Assembly (NCBI RefSeq): GCF_006345805.1
Contig: NC_043004.1
Location: forward strand, 104,470,001 to 104,534,000
DNA from: Octopus sinensis
Lineage: Eukaryota
Direction of reading: 5' to 3'
Length of the DNA: 64,000 nt
In this document: positions 14,604-28,477 of the stretch, piece by piece
Layout of the letters: every line of letters begins with the position of its first letter
How positions within the stretch are numbered: the first letter of the stretch is position 1
Notes under the pieces: generated by a model
Told to the model about the DNA's origin: nothing
The model's input: the letters and a program-made list of their open reading frames with translations, nothing else
Databases searched by the model: none
Program-made: the position numbers and the translations under genes

Positions 14604-15671
14604 CATTATTATTATTATTATTATCATCATCATCATCATTATTATTATTATTATTATCATCATCATCATCATTATTATTATTATTATTATTATATTATTA
14701 TTATTATTATTGTTATTATTATTATTGTTAAGGTGGGGAACTGGCAGAACCCCTTGAAATCACTGGCCTTGTGTCAGAATTTGAAACCGTTGTTGTTGTT
14801 GTTGTTGTTGAGTGAGAGAGCAATGCATGCCATCAAAGTGACACTGGGGTAAAATATATGAAGCCCAATATACTCATCATGACTACCCGTCTGATAAGGG
14901 TACACCAGGCACATGCATCACAACCATATGTGCGTGACATGGTGATCTCATATCAAGATAAACAGCTCATGACCTTGCAGGTTAGAATTTTCTTCTGGTC
15001 GAGTAGCCCATCCCACTCAAAAGGTCCCTGAATAAGGGTTGTTTAAGGATGCTGAACGAAACACCCATATTTCCAGGGGTGAATTATCCAAACCCCAAAG
15101 AATCCCTCTCAACACATGGCTATGATGCTCCCCCACTACTTCTGCTTGTGATCAGAGATGCACATATCGTCAGCCACTAAGGGACATGCTCAACTGGTTA
15201 AGGTCCAACAACTGACAAGCAAATCTGTGATGTTGAGCAGAATATTTGCTGTAGCCCATCTTTTATACCAAGACAAAACAATGTACATGATAAGACTTCC
15301 AATCAATTAAGATCAGTAGCCATGAGAGCCACTGTCTGGTACTGCATCAGGGCATTCATCATCATCGTCATCGTCATCGTCACCATCACCGTCACCGTCA
15401 TCATCATCATCATCATCATCATCTATTGTTGTTGTGGTGGTGGTGGTGGTGACCTGGCAGAACCATTAGTATACCAGGCGAAATGCTTAGCAGTATTTCG
15501 TCTGCTGCAACATTCTGAGTTCAAATTCCACCGAGGTCGACTTTGCCTTTCATCCTTTCGGGGTCAGTAAATTAAATACCAGTGAAATACAGGTTGATGT
15601 AATCGACTAATTCCCCTCACTCAGAATTTCAGGCCTTGTACCTATAGTAGAAAGGATTATTATTATCATCA

Positions 15672-15720
<49 letters not shown>

Positions 15721-18122
15721 GGTAGTGAGCTGGCAGAATCGTTAGGATGCTGGATGAAATGCTTAGTGGTATTTCACCTGTTCCTACATTCTGAGTTCAA
15801 ATTCCACCAAGGTTAACTTTGCCTTTCATCCTTTCAGGGTCAATAAATGAGTACCAGTGAGACACTGGGGTCGATATAATCGACTACCCTCCCCCCACTT
15901 CCCCCACATTTCAGGCCTTGTGTCTATAATAGAAATGATTATCATTAAGGCAGCAAGCTTGCAGAATTGTTAGCATACCAGGCAGAATGTAGCGGCATTT
16001 TATCCATCCTTGCATTCTGAGTTCAAATTCCACCGAGGTCGTCTTTGCCTTTCATCCTATTGGGGTCGATAAATAAAGGATCAGTTGAACACTGAACTTA
16101 ACTCCGTGCCTGGATTTGATTGTCTTGTGCCTCAATTTGAAACCTCGTTATTGTTGTTGTCGTCGTCTCCTCTTCTTCTTCTTCCTCCTCCTCCTCTTTT
16201 CAATCAGGACTCACGCCATTAGCCACAAAGAATAATCTCTAATTGGAGCCTACTCTAAGCTACTAAGAATGCATGTGGCAACTTAAAGATCCACCCCACC
16301 TCACGCGATAGACTGGTGGTTGCACGGGCACGAAAGCTACGTTATTATCCTCATTCCATAAACGGTGGCTTTTAACGGGTGGAGAGCTGAACCATCCTGG
16401 GGTAGGAAGGATTCGCAATCTAGACAAGGGTCTGAAAGTTTACCACACCATAGTGGGTTACACCATGGTTTCTCTGCTTTGTGGCAGAAGTAGGAAGAAA
16501 GAGTGAGAGAAAGTTGTGGTGAAAGAGTACAGCAGGGTTCACCCCCTCCCTCCACTGCTGGAGCCTCGTGGAACTTAGGTGTTTTTGCTCAATAAACACT
16601 CACAATACCAGGTCTGGAAATCAAAACCACATTCTTATGACCGCGAGTCTGCTGCCCTAACCACTGGGCCATTGCGCCTCCACTGTTGTTGTTGTTGTCT
16701 CTATTTGCAGCTACCATTGTCAGTGTAATTATTTTAATTAGATTTGTTATCCGAATAATGACACATTTATCATTAGAGCAAACTTGATGAATTATCATGT
16801 ATCTTTTGCTTGTTTCAATAATTGGACTGCAATTATGCTGAGTCAACGCCTGAAGGGTTTTTGTCAAACAAATCAACCCCATTACCTTTTTTTTTTTAAA
16901 TCTGGTTCTTATTCCATTTGTCATTTTAGTCAAACCACTAAGTTATGGGGATGTAAACAAACCAACACTGGTCGTCAAGTGGTGGAGGAATAAATACATA
17001 CTCAAAAACTTACACACACACACACACTGTGGGTTTCTGCACAGTTTCTTATTTCTTTACTGCCCACTAGGGGCTACACACAGGGGACAAACAAGGGTAG
17101 ATAAAAAGGATTAAGTTGATTATATCGACTCCAGTGCGTAACTGGTACTTATTTAATCAACCCTGAAAGGATGAAAGGCAAAGTCGACCTCGGCGGGATT
17201 TGAACTCAGAACGTAGCGGCAGACGAAATACGGCTAAGCATTTCGCCCGGCGTGCTAGCGTTTCTGCCAGCTCACCGCTTTCTGCACAGTTTCTGTCTAC
17301 CAAACTCACTCACAGAGATTGGGGGCCTGGGGTTATAGTAAAAGGGTAAACACCTCCTTTGGCCTTGGCATTGCACCTAGGAAGTTACCCTCTGAGGTAC
17401 ATGTCCGAGCAAAGTTGTTTACGGAAGACCAGCAGTTGCTCATGCGTACCAGCCATGTCACAGATGTCATCCAAAGTGAGCTTCTGAACCAAACATCCAA
17501 GTTTACTTACTCTCCCTTGTCAACTTGGTCCTGACCTCTACCAGTTTCTCTGCTAAACCAGCACACTTATTCTTAGTTCAACCTTAGCACACCTTTCCAA
17601 TTTCCCTTCTCACCTGTATTACCTTTACTTAAATTATACAAATTTAAGAGAAACTTATTGTATTTTTGTTTATCCTGCCAAGTAAACAAGGTTTAGTTGT
17701 GTGGTTAAGAAGCTTGCTTTGCAACCACATGGTTTCTGGTTCAGTCCCATTGTGCAGTACCTTGGGCAAGTGTCTTCTACTATAGCTCTTAGCCAAATAA
17801 TGCTTTGTCAGGGAATTTGGTTGATGGAAACTCTGTGGAAGCCATTGCATGGCTTGGGGCTTAGAGTGTTTCACTCATGATTGCAAGATCATGGGGTCAG
17901 TTTTCCTAGACCAAGGGGTTGCATTGTGGAAGTTGGGTCAAATAAATATAACAAGGTGTTTTTTATTTAAAATACCCATTGCACCTGTACAGGTAATGTC
18001 AATTTGATGGAGGGAGTGAGCTTGTGTCTACACAAACATTTGATCACTATAAACAAATGATCTGTGTGGTTGTTTGATAAGAATTTGTTAATCCCTCATA
18101 CGTCGTCTAACAACAGGAAAGT

Positions 18123-18158
<36 letters not shown>

Positions 18159-21100
18159 CATGTGTTTGTGTGTGTATATATAAATATATAAAGGGAGAGT
18201 TACCTTCTCAAGTCATGTTGACTCATAAAGGCTGGTTTCCGCAGTTGGACGGGATACCAGTCCATCGCAGCATTACTCATTTTCGCCTGCTGAGTGAACT
18301 GGGAGCAATGTGAAATGAAGTCTTTTGCTCAAGAACGCAATGCACAACCTGGTCCAGGAATTGAAACCACAATCTTACAATCATGAGTTCAACACTCTAA
18401 CCACTAAACCACATGTATAGCTATTTTGTGTTTGTTATCCCACCACCACCTCCACTTGACAACCAGTGTTGGTTTGTTTACATCCCTGTAACTTAGCAGT
18501 TTGGCAAAAGCAACCAACAGAATAAGTACCAGACTTGAAAAAACCGAAGTCATGCTGAATCCCCTTCAAGGTGGTGCTTCAGCATGGCTGCAGTCCAATG
18601 ACTGAAACAAGTAAAAGATTAAAAGATACACGCACCCCCTTCACTTCACCACACCGTTACCATCACTACCACCATCTTTTCTCCTCTTCCTTCTTTGTCC
18701 ACTTATGCGTATCTTTCGTTCATTGGATATTAAACTCTGCTTGCAAAGACCTATTGAGGCAAGTGAAATCAAAATCAAATACGATGACTGGCATCTGTGC
18801 TAGTGGAGCGCTAAGAGCACCATCCGAGTGTGATCGTTGCCAGAGCAACAAATTGTCTTCCGTGCCAGTGGCATGTAAAAAACGCCATTCAAGTGTGATC
18901 ATTACCTGTGTCGTCTTACTGGCACTTATGCTGGTGGAATGTGAAAAAACATTCGAGCGAGGTCGTTGCCAGTGCACAGCTGGACTGGCTCCTGTGCAGG
19001 TGGCACATAAAAGACACCATTTGAGCGCAGCCGTTGCCAGTACTGCCTGACTGGCCCTCGTGCTGGTAGCATGTAAAAGCACCCACTACACTCTCAGAGT
19101 GGTTGGCATTAGGAAGGGTATCCAGGTGTAGAAACTCTGCCAGGTCAGACTGGAGTCTGGTGCAGCCATCTGGTTCACCAGTCCTCAGTCAAATCGTCCA
19201 CCCCATGCTAGCATGGAAAAACGGACATTAAACAATGATGATGATGATGATGACTTATTTACCTTACACTTGCCCCACTGATGGGGTCCAGCCATCTCCT
19301 CAATACTTTAATTTCTATTCCCTGTATTATGGCAATTAAGTTTGTTACATTCTTTCATCATCGCTTAATGTCTGCTTTCCAAGCTGGCACGGTTTGGACA
19401 ATTTGACATGGAGCTGGCTGGCAGGGAGCTGTTCAGACTCCAATTGTCTGTTGTGGGTGCCCTTCCTAATGCCTAACTCTTTCATTTGATAAAATTCTGG
19501 GGGCCTAGGGTGCCTGTCACCTACCCCCACTCTCCCTGTGAAGTGTGCAGTATAGGTTACTTCAGAATGTGGAATAAGTAATAGATGAATAAAACTTACA
19601 ATAAAGTTTTTAGCAGTGAATGTGTACACACACACACACACAAATATGTATTTAAAAAAACAAAAAATAAGAGAAAATGCTTTGAGAACTTTGTCATGGA
19701 CAAAAGAAAGAAAATATTTACATTTTTATCAAAATATGCCACCAGTTTCAATTATTTATAAGATGATATAGTCATGAGAAAAGAACATAAATTGAAATAA
19801 CTAAAGTGAATCAATCTTTCCTGGAAGTTCTCATGTTTCTCTTACCAATAGTGCCCCAGCATGGCCACAGCTTGTGAGCTGAAACTAGATAAAATAAAAA
19901 ATAAAAAAATAAAATTCATAGAGTGTTGGTAGTTGATTTCCTTCTGATGGCTACATGCTAAATTTATCCGTTCATGTTGGGCTACATGATTTTTTTTTCT
20001 TTATTTTTGTGGTTGGGGCCATTGAAGAGGTGTGTGTAACAAAAGAATGGTTGACATGTATTGTTGCCATATATATATGTGTGTGTGTGTATGACTGAGA
20101 AAATGTAAGATGCATTAGTGACATATTTTTGGGATTGTCACATATATGTGTAGTGAGTCAGTGTTACATGGATGACATCCTGACTGTAGGAAATGTGTGG
20201 CATTCATCATCAACATCATCATCATCACCACCACCATCACCATCACCTCCCCCTATCCCCACTACCACCATCACCACATGGTTTTTATGTTCCACTTTTA
20301 AAGTATATTAGAGGAGAGTATCAGCAATTATTGCACCACATGTCAATCTGAAAATAATGATAAATATATTAATTAATTACTTTATTGATTACTCTTCAGA
20401 GAAAAGAACCTACAATGGTTTACCATCATTCATGACAGAAGTTGCTAAGGAGGAACTGAATCATCTTAGTGAAGATATAACAGAATGTAATGTTGTATAT
20501 TTACCACAGGTTGGTTGTGTTCTTTACTTCTGACTTTGTTGTTGCTTGTTGCTACTTTTAGCTTTTCTTCTATTAATGAAAAACCATTTATGAATGACAG
20601 CATCGTTTGTTATAAGATCCCAGTGAACCAATTATTGCTTCGCTACATTCCTCATAACAAGATCAACAAATGACATTTGTGGAAGTTGGGTCAAATAAAT
20701 ATAACAAGGTGTTTTTTGTTTAAATGCACCTGTTTATTAGTTTTCTTACTGGTGTGTATGTTTTCCTTTTGCTGAAACATATATATATGTGGAGGCGCAA
20801 TGGCCCAGTGGTTAGGGCAGCGAACTCGCAGTCGGAGGATCGCAGTTTCGATTCCCAGACCGGGCGTTGTGTGTGTTTATTGGGCGAAAACACCTAAAAG
20901 CTCCACGAGGCTCTGGCAGGGAGTCGTGGCAACCCCTGTTGTACTCTTTCACCCCAACTTTCTCTCACTCTCTCTTCTTGTTTCTTGAGGAACACTGCGA
21001 TGGACTGGCATCCCGTCCAGTTGGGGGGAACATATATGCCATAGAAACCGGGAAACCGAGCCCACGTGCCTGGCTAGGCTTGAAAAGGGTGAAAAAAGAA

Positions 21101-21767
21101 AAAAAAAAGAAACATATATATTCGTCAGCAAAACACACACACACACTCATATACACACACATACATATATGTATACACACATACACACAAGTGAGAAACT
21201 TACAGCTTTTATATCCAGGCTGTAGATTTCCATTTGTGCTGATTATCATAGGAACACAGGGCTATGTAACAACAGATTTACATAGAAGCCCAGAAATGCT
21301 GGGATTCTGCAAGAAAAAAACAATACAAACTACGTTGCACCTCAAATATAGTCAATTAATGGTATCGTGAAACTTAGTAAAACATTCCATGGATTATCCA
21401 TTTGACGTTCCAGGGTTGACCACATCCATGCAATTGCATGTACATATGGAATGCTCATGCACATACTTAAAGAGTAATGAAGCATACACACACATATGTG
21501 TATTAAGGTGACCTGCACACTAACTACACAAGTACAAGTTTTTCCACACACACACAAGCACACACACACACACTAATTTACTTATCATCAAACCTGAGAG
21601 CTGTCTTGACTGAATCCTTTAGCATTTCAACTGGACCTATCTGGCCCCAATATTTGACCTGTTTTATGTTCAAACTGGCCAGATCCAACCTCACACACCT
21701 ACCCTACAATGTCAGTCTGAAAATAAACAATCACAGCAATAAAATCTTGAAGGTATGAAATCATGCT

Positions 21768-21805
<38 letters not shown>

Positions 21806-23233
21806 TGTTTAGCGTCCGCTTTCCATGCTAGCATGGGTTGGACAGTTCGACCGGGGTCTGGGAAGCCAGAAGGCTGCTTCAGGCTCCAGTCTGATCTGGC
21901 AATGTTTCTACAGATGGATGCCCTTCCTTACGCCAACCACTCCGTGAATAAATAAGTATTACATTTGATAGAATAATGTGAATGTGGAAAGGTTAAATAA
22001 ATGACCCCTGACACTTTTTAGGAAATCAGTTTGAATTTTGGATAGAGAAAACTTAAATAATTTCTAATAGGCTTTATTATGAGAAATGAACTGTAACAAT
22101 AATGCCAACCAATAATTTGGATTTTTTGTGGTCAAAATATCATATATGTATTCTTATTTATCAATAATTTAAGAAAATTGCCAAATTTACTTAAATTACC
22201 TTTATTTTATTGTGCAGCTTGGCTATTTATTAGCAATCCCTTGCTCAGATAATTTGACATCAGAGGCACAGTTCCATATTCCAGGACTTGAATTTGTTGT
22301 AAGTATTAATAATAATAATCCTTTCTATTATAGGCACTAGGCCTGAAATTTGGGGTTAAGTTAATTATATCAACCCCAGTACTCAACAGCTACTTAATTT
22401 ATCAACCCCGAAAGGATCAAAAGCAAAGTCGACCTTAGCTGAATTTGAACTCATAATATAGAGACAGGTGAAATACCACTAAGCATTTCACCTGGCGTGC
22501 TAACCATTCTGCTGGTTCACCGTTTTAGTATTAATAATAATAATAATCCTTTCTACTACAGGCACAAGGCCTGAAATTTTGGGGAAGGTGGCTAGTTGAT
22601 TACATTGACTCCAGTGTTTCACTGGTACTCAATTTATCAACCTCGAAAGGATGAAAAGCAAAGTCAACCTCGGCAGAATTTGAACTCAGAACACGAAGAC
22701 AGAGGAAATACTGCTGAGCATCTTGTCCAGCTTGCTAACGATTCTGCCAGCTCACCACTTTGAATAATCATAAAAATAATAACAATGATAATGGTGGTGG
22801 TAGTGGTTTGGCGGTGGTGGTGGTGGTGGTGGCGATGACAGTGGCAGCAGGAAACGGTGGGCAGCGGCGTGTGTGTATGTGCCTATATATATTTTTTTCT
22901 CTTTTACTTGTTTCAGTCATTTGACTGCAGCCTTTAGTCGAGCAAATCGACACCAGGACTTATTCTCTTACTTATTCTATTGGCCTCTTTTGCCGAACCG
23001 CTAAGTTATGTAAATACACCAACATCGGTTGTCAAGCGATGTTGCAGGGGACAAACACACACACACACATATATACTTATATATGACGTGCTTCTTTCAG
23101 TTTCTGTCGACCAAATCCACTCACAAGTCTTTGGCTATAGTAGAAGACACTTGCTCAAGGTGTCACGCAGTGGGAATGAACCCGGAACCATGTTGTTGGT
23201 AAGCTAGCTACTTACCACACAGCCACTCCTGTG

Positions 23234-23277
<44 letters not shown>

Positions 23278-23456
23278 TGTGTGTGTAAGTGTTTTTTTGT
23301 TTGTGTGAGCATGTGATGATAGTAGATGAACACAATCATCAAACAATCCATGTCATTCCTTTCCAGTCTCCCATGGGGCGAATATTACTTTGTTTGAAAA
23401 CAGGTGAGGGTTGGCGACAGGCAGGGTATCAAGCCATAAAAAAAAATCTGCCTCAA

Positions 23457-23502
<46 letters not shown>

Positions 23503-26500
23503 CTCATACCCTTATTTTTACTTTCCCACCTTTGTCTTTCCTTCACTATCTAAATCTATCTTGTGACCATCGACTCCCCACTACTATTCTCTTTTGCCTG
23601 GTCATCTAACCAGTATCTTCCACATTCTTTCCAGTTTTCTATTACAACCTTCAACAGGTCTCTCTTCATTTCTTTGATAAAGAACATTATCTTAAATAAC
23701 CCTAATCCCTAATCCTCATTCACAACAATATATACACTCTTTCTATCATCACAAACAATTTTCTACTGTTTTATGACGTCTATAGAATTTACTTGGAATA
23801 TTTATTTGTAAATCTTCTAATTCTGTTTATTACAGTTTTTATCCAATAACATGATACACTACAAAAGTGCCAGCACTAGAAGTGAGTTACAGTAAATTTT
23901 TGTTGTTGTTGTCCCTTCCTCCTTCTTCTTCCAATCAGGACTCATGCCATTAGCCACAAAGAATAATCTCTAATTCGAACCTCCTCTAAGCTACTAAGAA
24001 TGCGTGTGGCAACTTAAAGATCCACCCACCACACGCGATAGACTGGCAGTTACACGGGCGCGAAAGCTACGTTGTTATCCTCATTCCGTAAACGGTGGCT
24101 TTTAACGGGCGGAGAGCTGAGCCATCCTGGGGTACAGAGGATTCGCAATCTAGACTAGGGTCTGAAAGTTTACCACACCATAGGTGGGGTTACACCATGG
24201 TTCCTCTACTTTGTGGCAGAAGTAGGAAGAAAGAGAGAAAGTTGTGGTGAAAGAGTACAGCTGGATTCACCACCAACCCCTGCCGGAGCCTCGTGGAGCT
24301 TAGGTGTTTTTGCTCAATAAACACTCACAATGCCCGGTCTAGAAATGAAACTGCGTTCTTACGACGGCGAGTCTGCTGCCCTAACCACTGGACCATTGCG
24401 CCTCCACTGTTGTTGTTTTTATGGCTACAGCTAAGATGAGCAAGGGTGATTCAGTCAGAATGCAACAGTTACTAGTCTACAATGACCATGGACTCATGCA
24501 ACCCAACACAGTTGGGTTGTGCATAGTTATCATCACCTTGTAATATCTGTTTTCCCTACTGGTGTTGGTTAGACAGTTTAATGGGAGCCGTTGAGCAGCC
24601 CTAGGGCTGCACCAAGCTCCATTGCCCTGTTTAACATCTAATTATTGGATGCTTTTTGCAGTGCACCCTCTGTTGTAAGCATTTGGACCTGGCTTTGTAG
24701 TTGCTTTCTCCTTCCTCCCTAATCCAGATCTCCTTCTTCCTCTGATTTGGCCATTTATTCTGCTAATTTTTTGATAATCTTGTATTTTCAGATTTAGACA
24801 AGATTTTAGGTGACACACAATGTGAGATCACTGGTAAGGAATGATTTGCTATTAATACCAAATTCTGTATACTACCAAATACCTTTTGTTTCTCTCTTTC
24901 TCTCTCCCCCCTCTCTCTCCCTCTGTTTATATATATATATATAAAACATTTACATATGTTTATGTAAAATATAAGCACACACTCACACAAACATGTAACC
25001 TTTTAATCCAGAGCAGTGCATAGTTTGGGTGGACTGCAAGCTTTATATAGCTGTTTAGCATTTATAACTGCAATTATTCAACAAATATATCATCCATCAT
25101 AATTTTTTTACCCCCTTTTTGTTCCATAAATTGGACAAAGCAGGATTTTATAACCAAAATTTTTCTTGTCACCAATCCTTACCTGTTTTCGAATAAGATT
25201 CTTAATTCCATGTGTTCACATATCAAGCTACTGAGACATTGTTTATGCAAACAAGCATAAGTAAACATCTCCACTGCTCAAGCAGTGTCAGTGGGGGTGA
25301 TGGAGGATAAACACAAGGGCACCCCCCACACAAACATGTATGACAGGCTTATTTCAGCTCCCATCTACCAGATGCATTCGTTTGGCTTTGGTTGGTCTGA
25401 GTCTTTGGTAGAAGACTCTTGCCCAAGGTGCCAAGCTGTGAGACTGAACCTAAAACTATGTAACTGGAAAGCAAACTCCTTACCACACAGCCACAACTGT
25501 TAACTTCATTTAAACATTTATTATTTGGTGTCAACATTTTTCCCTCATCAACTACATTTGGGCCACTGACATGATTTCCACCACATGAGATGCAGTGCAT
25601 CTTCATGTGTTATTGAATGGCTAATATGTCTCTTCCTCACTGCAGTCATTATATCGATAGCCAGAGGCCAGCATGTAACGTTTATTCATGTTTAACATTC
25701 CATTAAAACATCTTCTTGTTGTTCCTTTATCGTTATTACAGACCATGAAACAGCAATAATGCATCAACTACAGGACACTATATTGGAACATTGTCAAGTA
25801 TTGTTTAATGTCATGGATTCTGCAGCAGAACTGGATTGGTGAGTTTTATGGAACCTAACCCAGGTGCAAAAAGCACCTGAAATTTTGCCAGCAACGTAAA
25901 TAACATTGTATCATTATAAGGAGCATAGTAAATGTCATAGTAAGGCTTCTTGTAAAGGTCATAGTGTCATAGTAAGTGTTATAGTAAGGGTCATATAAGT
26001 ATTATAATAAGAGTTATGTTAATGTTACATAGTCAGCATTGAAGTAAGTGTTATAATGCCATAGTAACCGATATGTTACAGCCAGAGTCATAATGTCTGT
26101 TCTGGAATTTAATTTGTAGCCTAGTTATATATCCTGTGACCTATAACACTGACATTGTTAAAAACGTTTAGTAATTCTCTTTCCTAGATAGTGTTAGAAA
26201 CTTTAAATATAATGTCTCTCATTATAGGGAAGTGAGTGATCAAACAGGGAAGGTATTTTAGTTTTGACCTTCTGATAGAAGGATTTAAAAGATAACTCGA
26301 AAAAGTCCCACCAATTAATTCAGAGTTTTGGTGTCACAGCATAAATTAATTAGGTTATGTGTTAAAGCTATAATGTCCTGAAAATGTGTTTGGTTAATTA
26401 GATCAGAAATACATTTATAGATATGCGGCAATTAAAATGAATGCTGTGAAACTAACTTGGGTGGTAGACTCACTCCATTGCTTGGTTTACGTCTGGCCTG

Positions 26501-26891
26501 TTTTTGAGTACCTTTAACAGAATTCATTCAGTTGTGAGCATGCAGGTGTATATCTCCGCCCTGAGAACTCAATATCTAGATGGATTGTTTTTCTTCTGCA
26601 GCAACACATGTCACTTCTTCCTCCTCTGTTTCTCCACCTGAGAAAGTCTCAGTCTCTGAGACCTTGAGAAAATATCTGGCTAAGACATAATAAAAAAAGT
26701 ATTTGATATTCTTCACTGAGATGATATAAAAATATTTATCATATAAATCGTTTTTAGTGGTGGAACTCAAAGTAGATAAACTTGAAATAACAACATGTAA
26801 ATTTCAAATTAAAACCCCTTGGATGGAAAAAGCTTAAAACCAACTAATGAGTGATCAGTACTCATTGACCTACAGACATTTTGTCTCGTAT

Positions 26892-26952
<61 letters not shown>

Positions 26953-28337
26953 TACATGAACTGATGAAAGATGTACATATCTGATAAATTGGTCCATGGC
27001 ACCAAAATTACCTCATATACTTAGGTTTCAGCTATTATTGGCCTCGTTGATGACTCACTCAAGAGCTCCATTAGACATTTAATTGTTTCCTGTTACAGTC
27101 ATGCTTTGGGCTCTGTGGCCCATTTCAGCAAAGAGGTATTGTTTGTAGAGATACGTCTGGGTGTTGGTGGTTTACCTGGAATTTGTTGGAGGAATTCATC
27201 CAGGAACCATTTCAATACTATGAGATCTTTTTCTTCCCTTATGTGTCTTGGCATAATGTTAAAGAGAACAAGGCCAGTTGAAGTGAAATAGTTCTGTCTT
27301 AGTGATGTTATGTGATGCAAGCATGATTTTTGTAGTGGGGAAGATTGCATGAGGGAATTTTAGAGTTGATGCCAACATCATTTGGATAATATAATATAGT
27401 GCTCACTATATTGGAGACCTTCTTGAGCTGATCCCAGTAATCAAGAACTTGTATTTGTTCTGTCTGTCCAAAATGCAAAAACAATCTCTTGTAACTTATT
27501 TCATTGGAAATGCAATAAATCAGTTATTGATCTATGGAAACCCTATCACCAATAGTGCTTATTGTTCACAAATGGATGAATAAAAATGTTTTAAAAATAT
27601 AAGAGAAGTGAAATAATTGCAGCTGGTATATGAAATTTAATTACAAAAGTTCTATCGATGTGACCTACTTTAATATGTGTTAATTTTTGTATAATTGAAC
27701 AGTCTTATAGCACTAAGTCTTTGTGCTCAAGAATTTGGCTATGTCCAACCAATATTCACCCCTGAAAACGTAATTGATATCAAAGCTGGCAGGTATGTAT
27801 TCAAAACATTAAAAGCTTTCTTTCAATCTTCTCTCTTTCTCTCTCTCTCTCATAAATATCATCATCATCACCATCGTTTAACATCTGCTTTCCATGCTAG
27901 CATGGGTTGGACGATTTAACTGAGGACTGGTGAACCAGATGGCTGCACCAGACTCCAATCTGATCTGGCAGAGTTTCTACAGCTGGATGCCCTTCCTAAC
28001 GCCAACCACTCCGAGAATGTAGTGGGTGCTTTTCATGTGCCACCGGCACGAGGGCCAGTTAGGTGGTACTGGCAATGGCCACGCTCAAATGGTGCTTTTT
28101 ATGTGCCACCTGCACATAAAAAGTACCATTTGATATATATATATGTATGTATATAGTTCTATATTTAAGAGATGAGGAATTATGTTCATTATTTACATTT
28201 TGTCCTCATCTTATTTGTTGTTAACACAACATTTCGGCTGATATACCCCTCCAGCCTTCATCAGGTGTCTTGGGGAAATTTCAAACCTGGGTTCTCATTC
28301 CTAAGGTATTTTTCGATGTTATTATTATTATTATTAC

Positions 28338-28406
<69 letters not shown>

Positions 28407-28428
28407 TATTATCATTATCATTATTATA

Positions 28429-28477
<49 letters not shown>

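Noticed and set aside
26576-26665. Antisense acidic exon-like segment ([17 protein letters not shown])
   Set aside because: Short, no partner exons or recognisable domain; low-complexity purine run.
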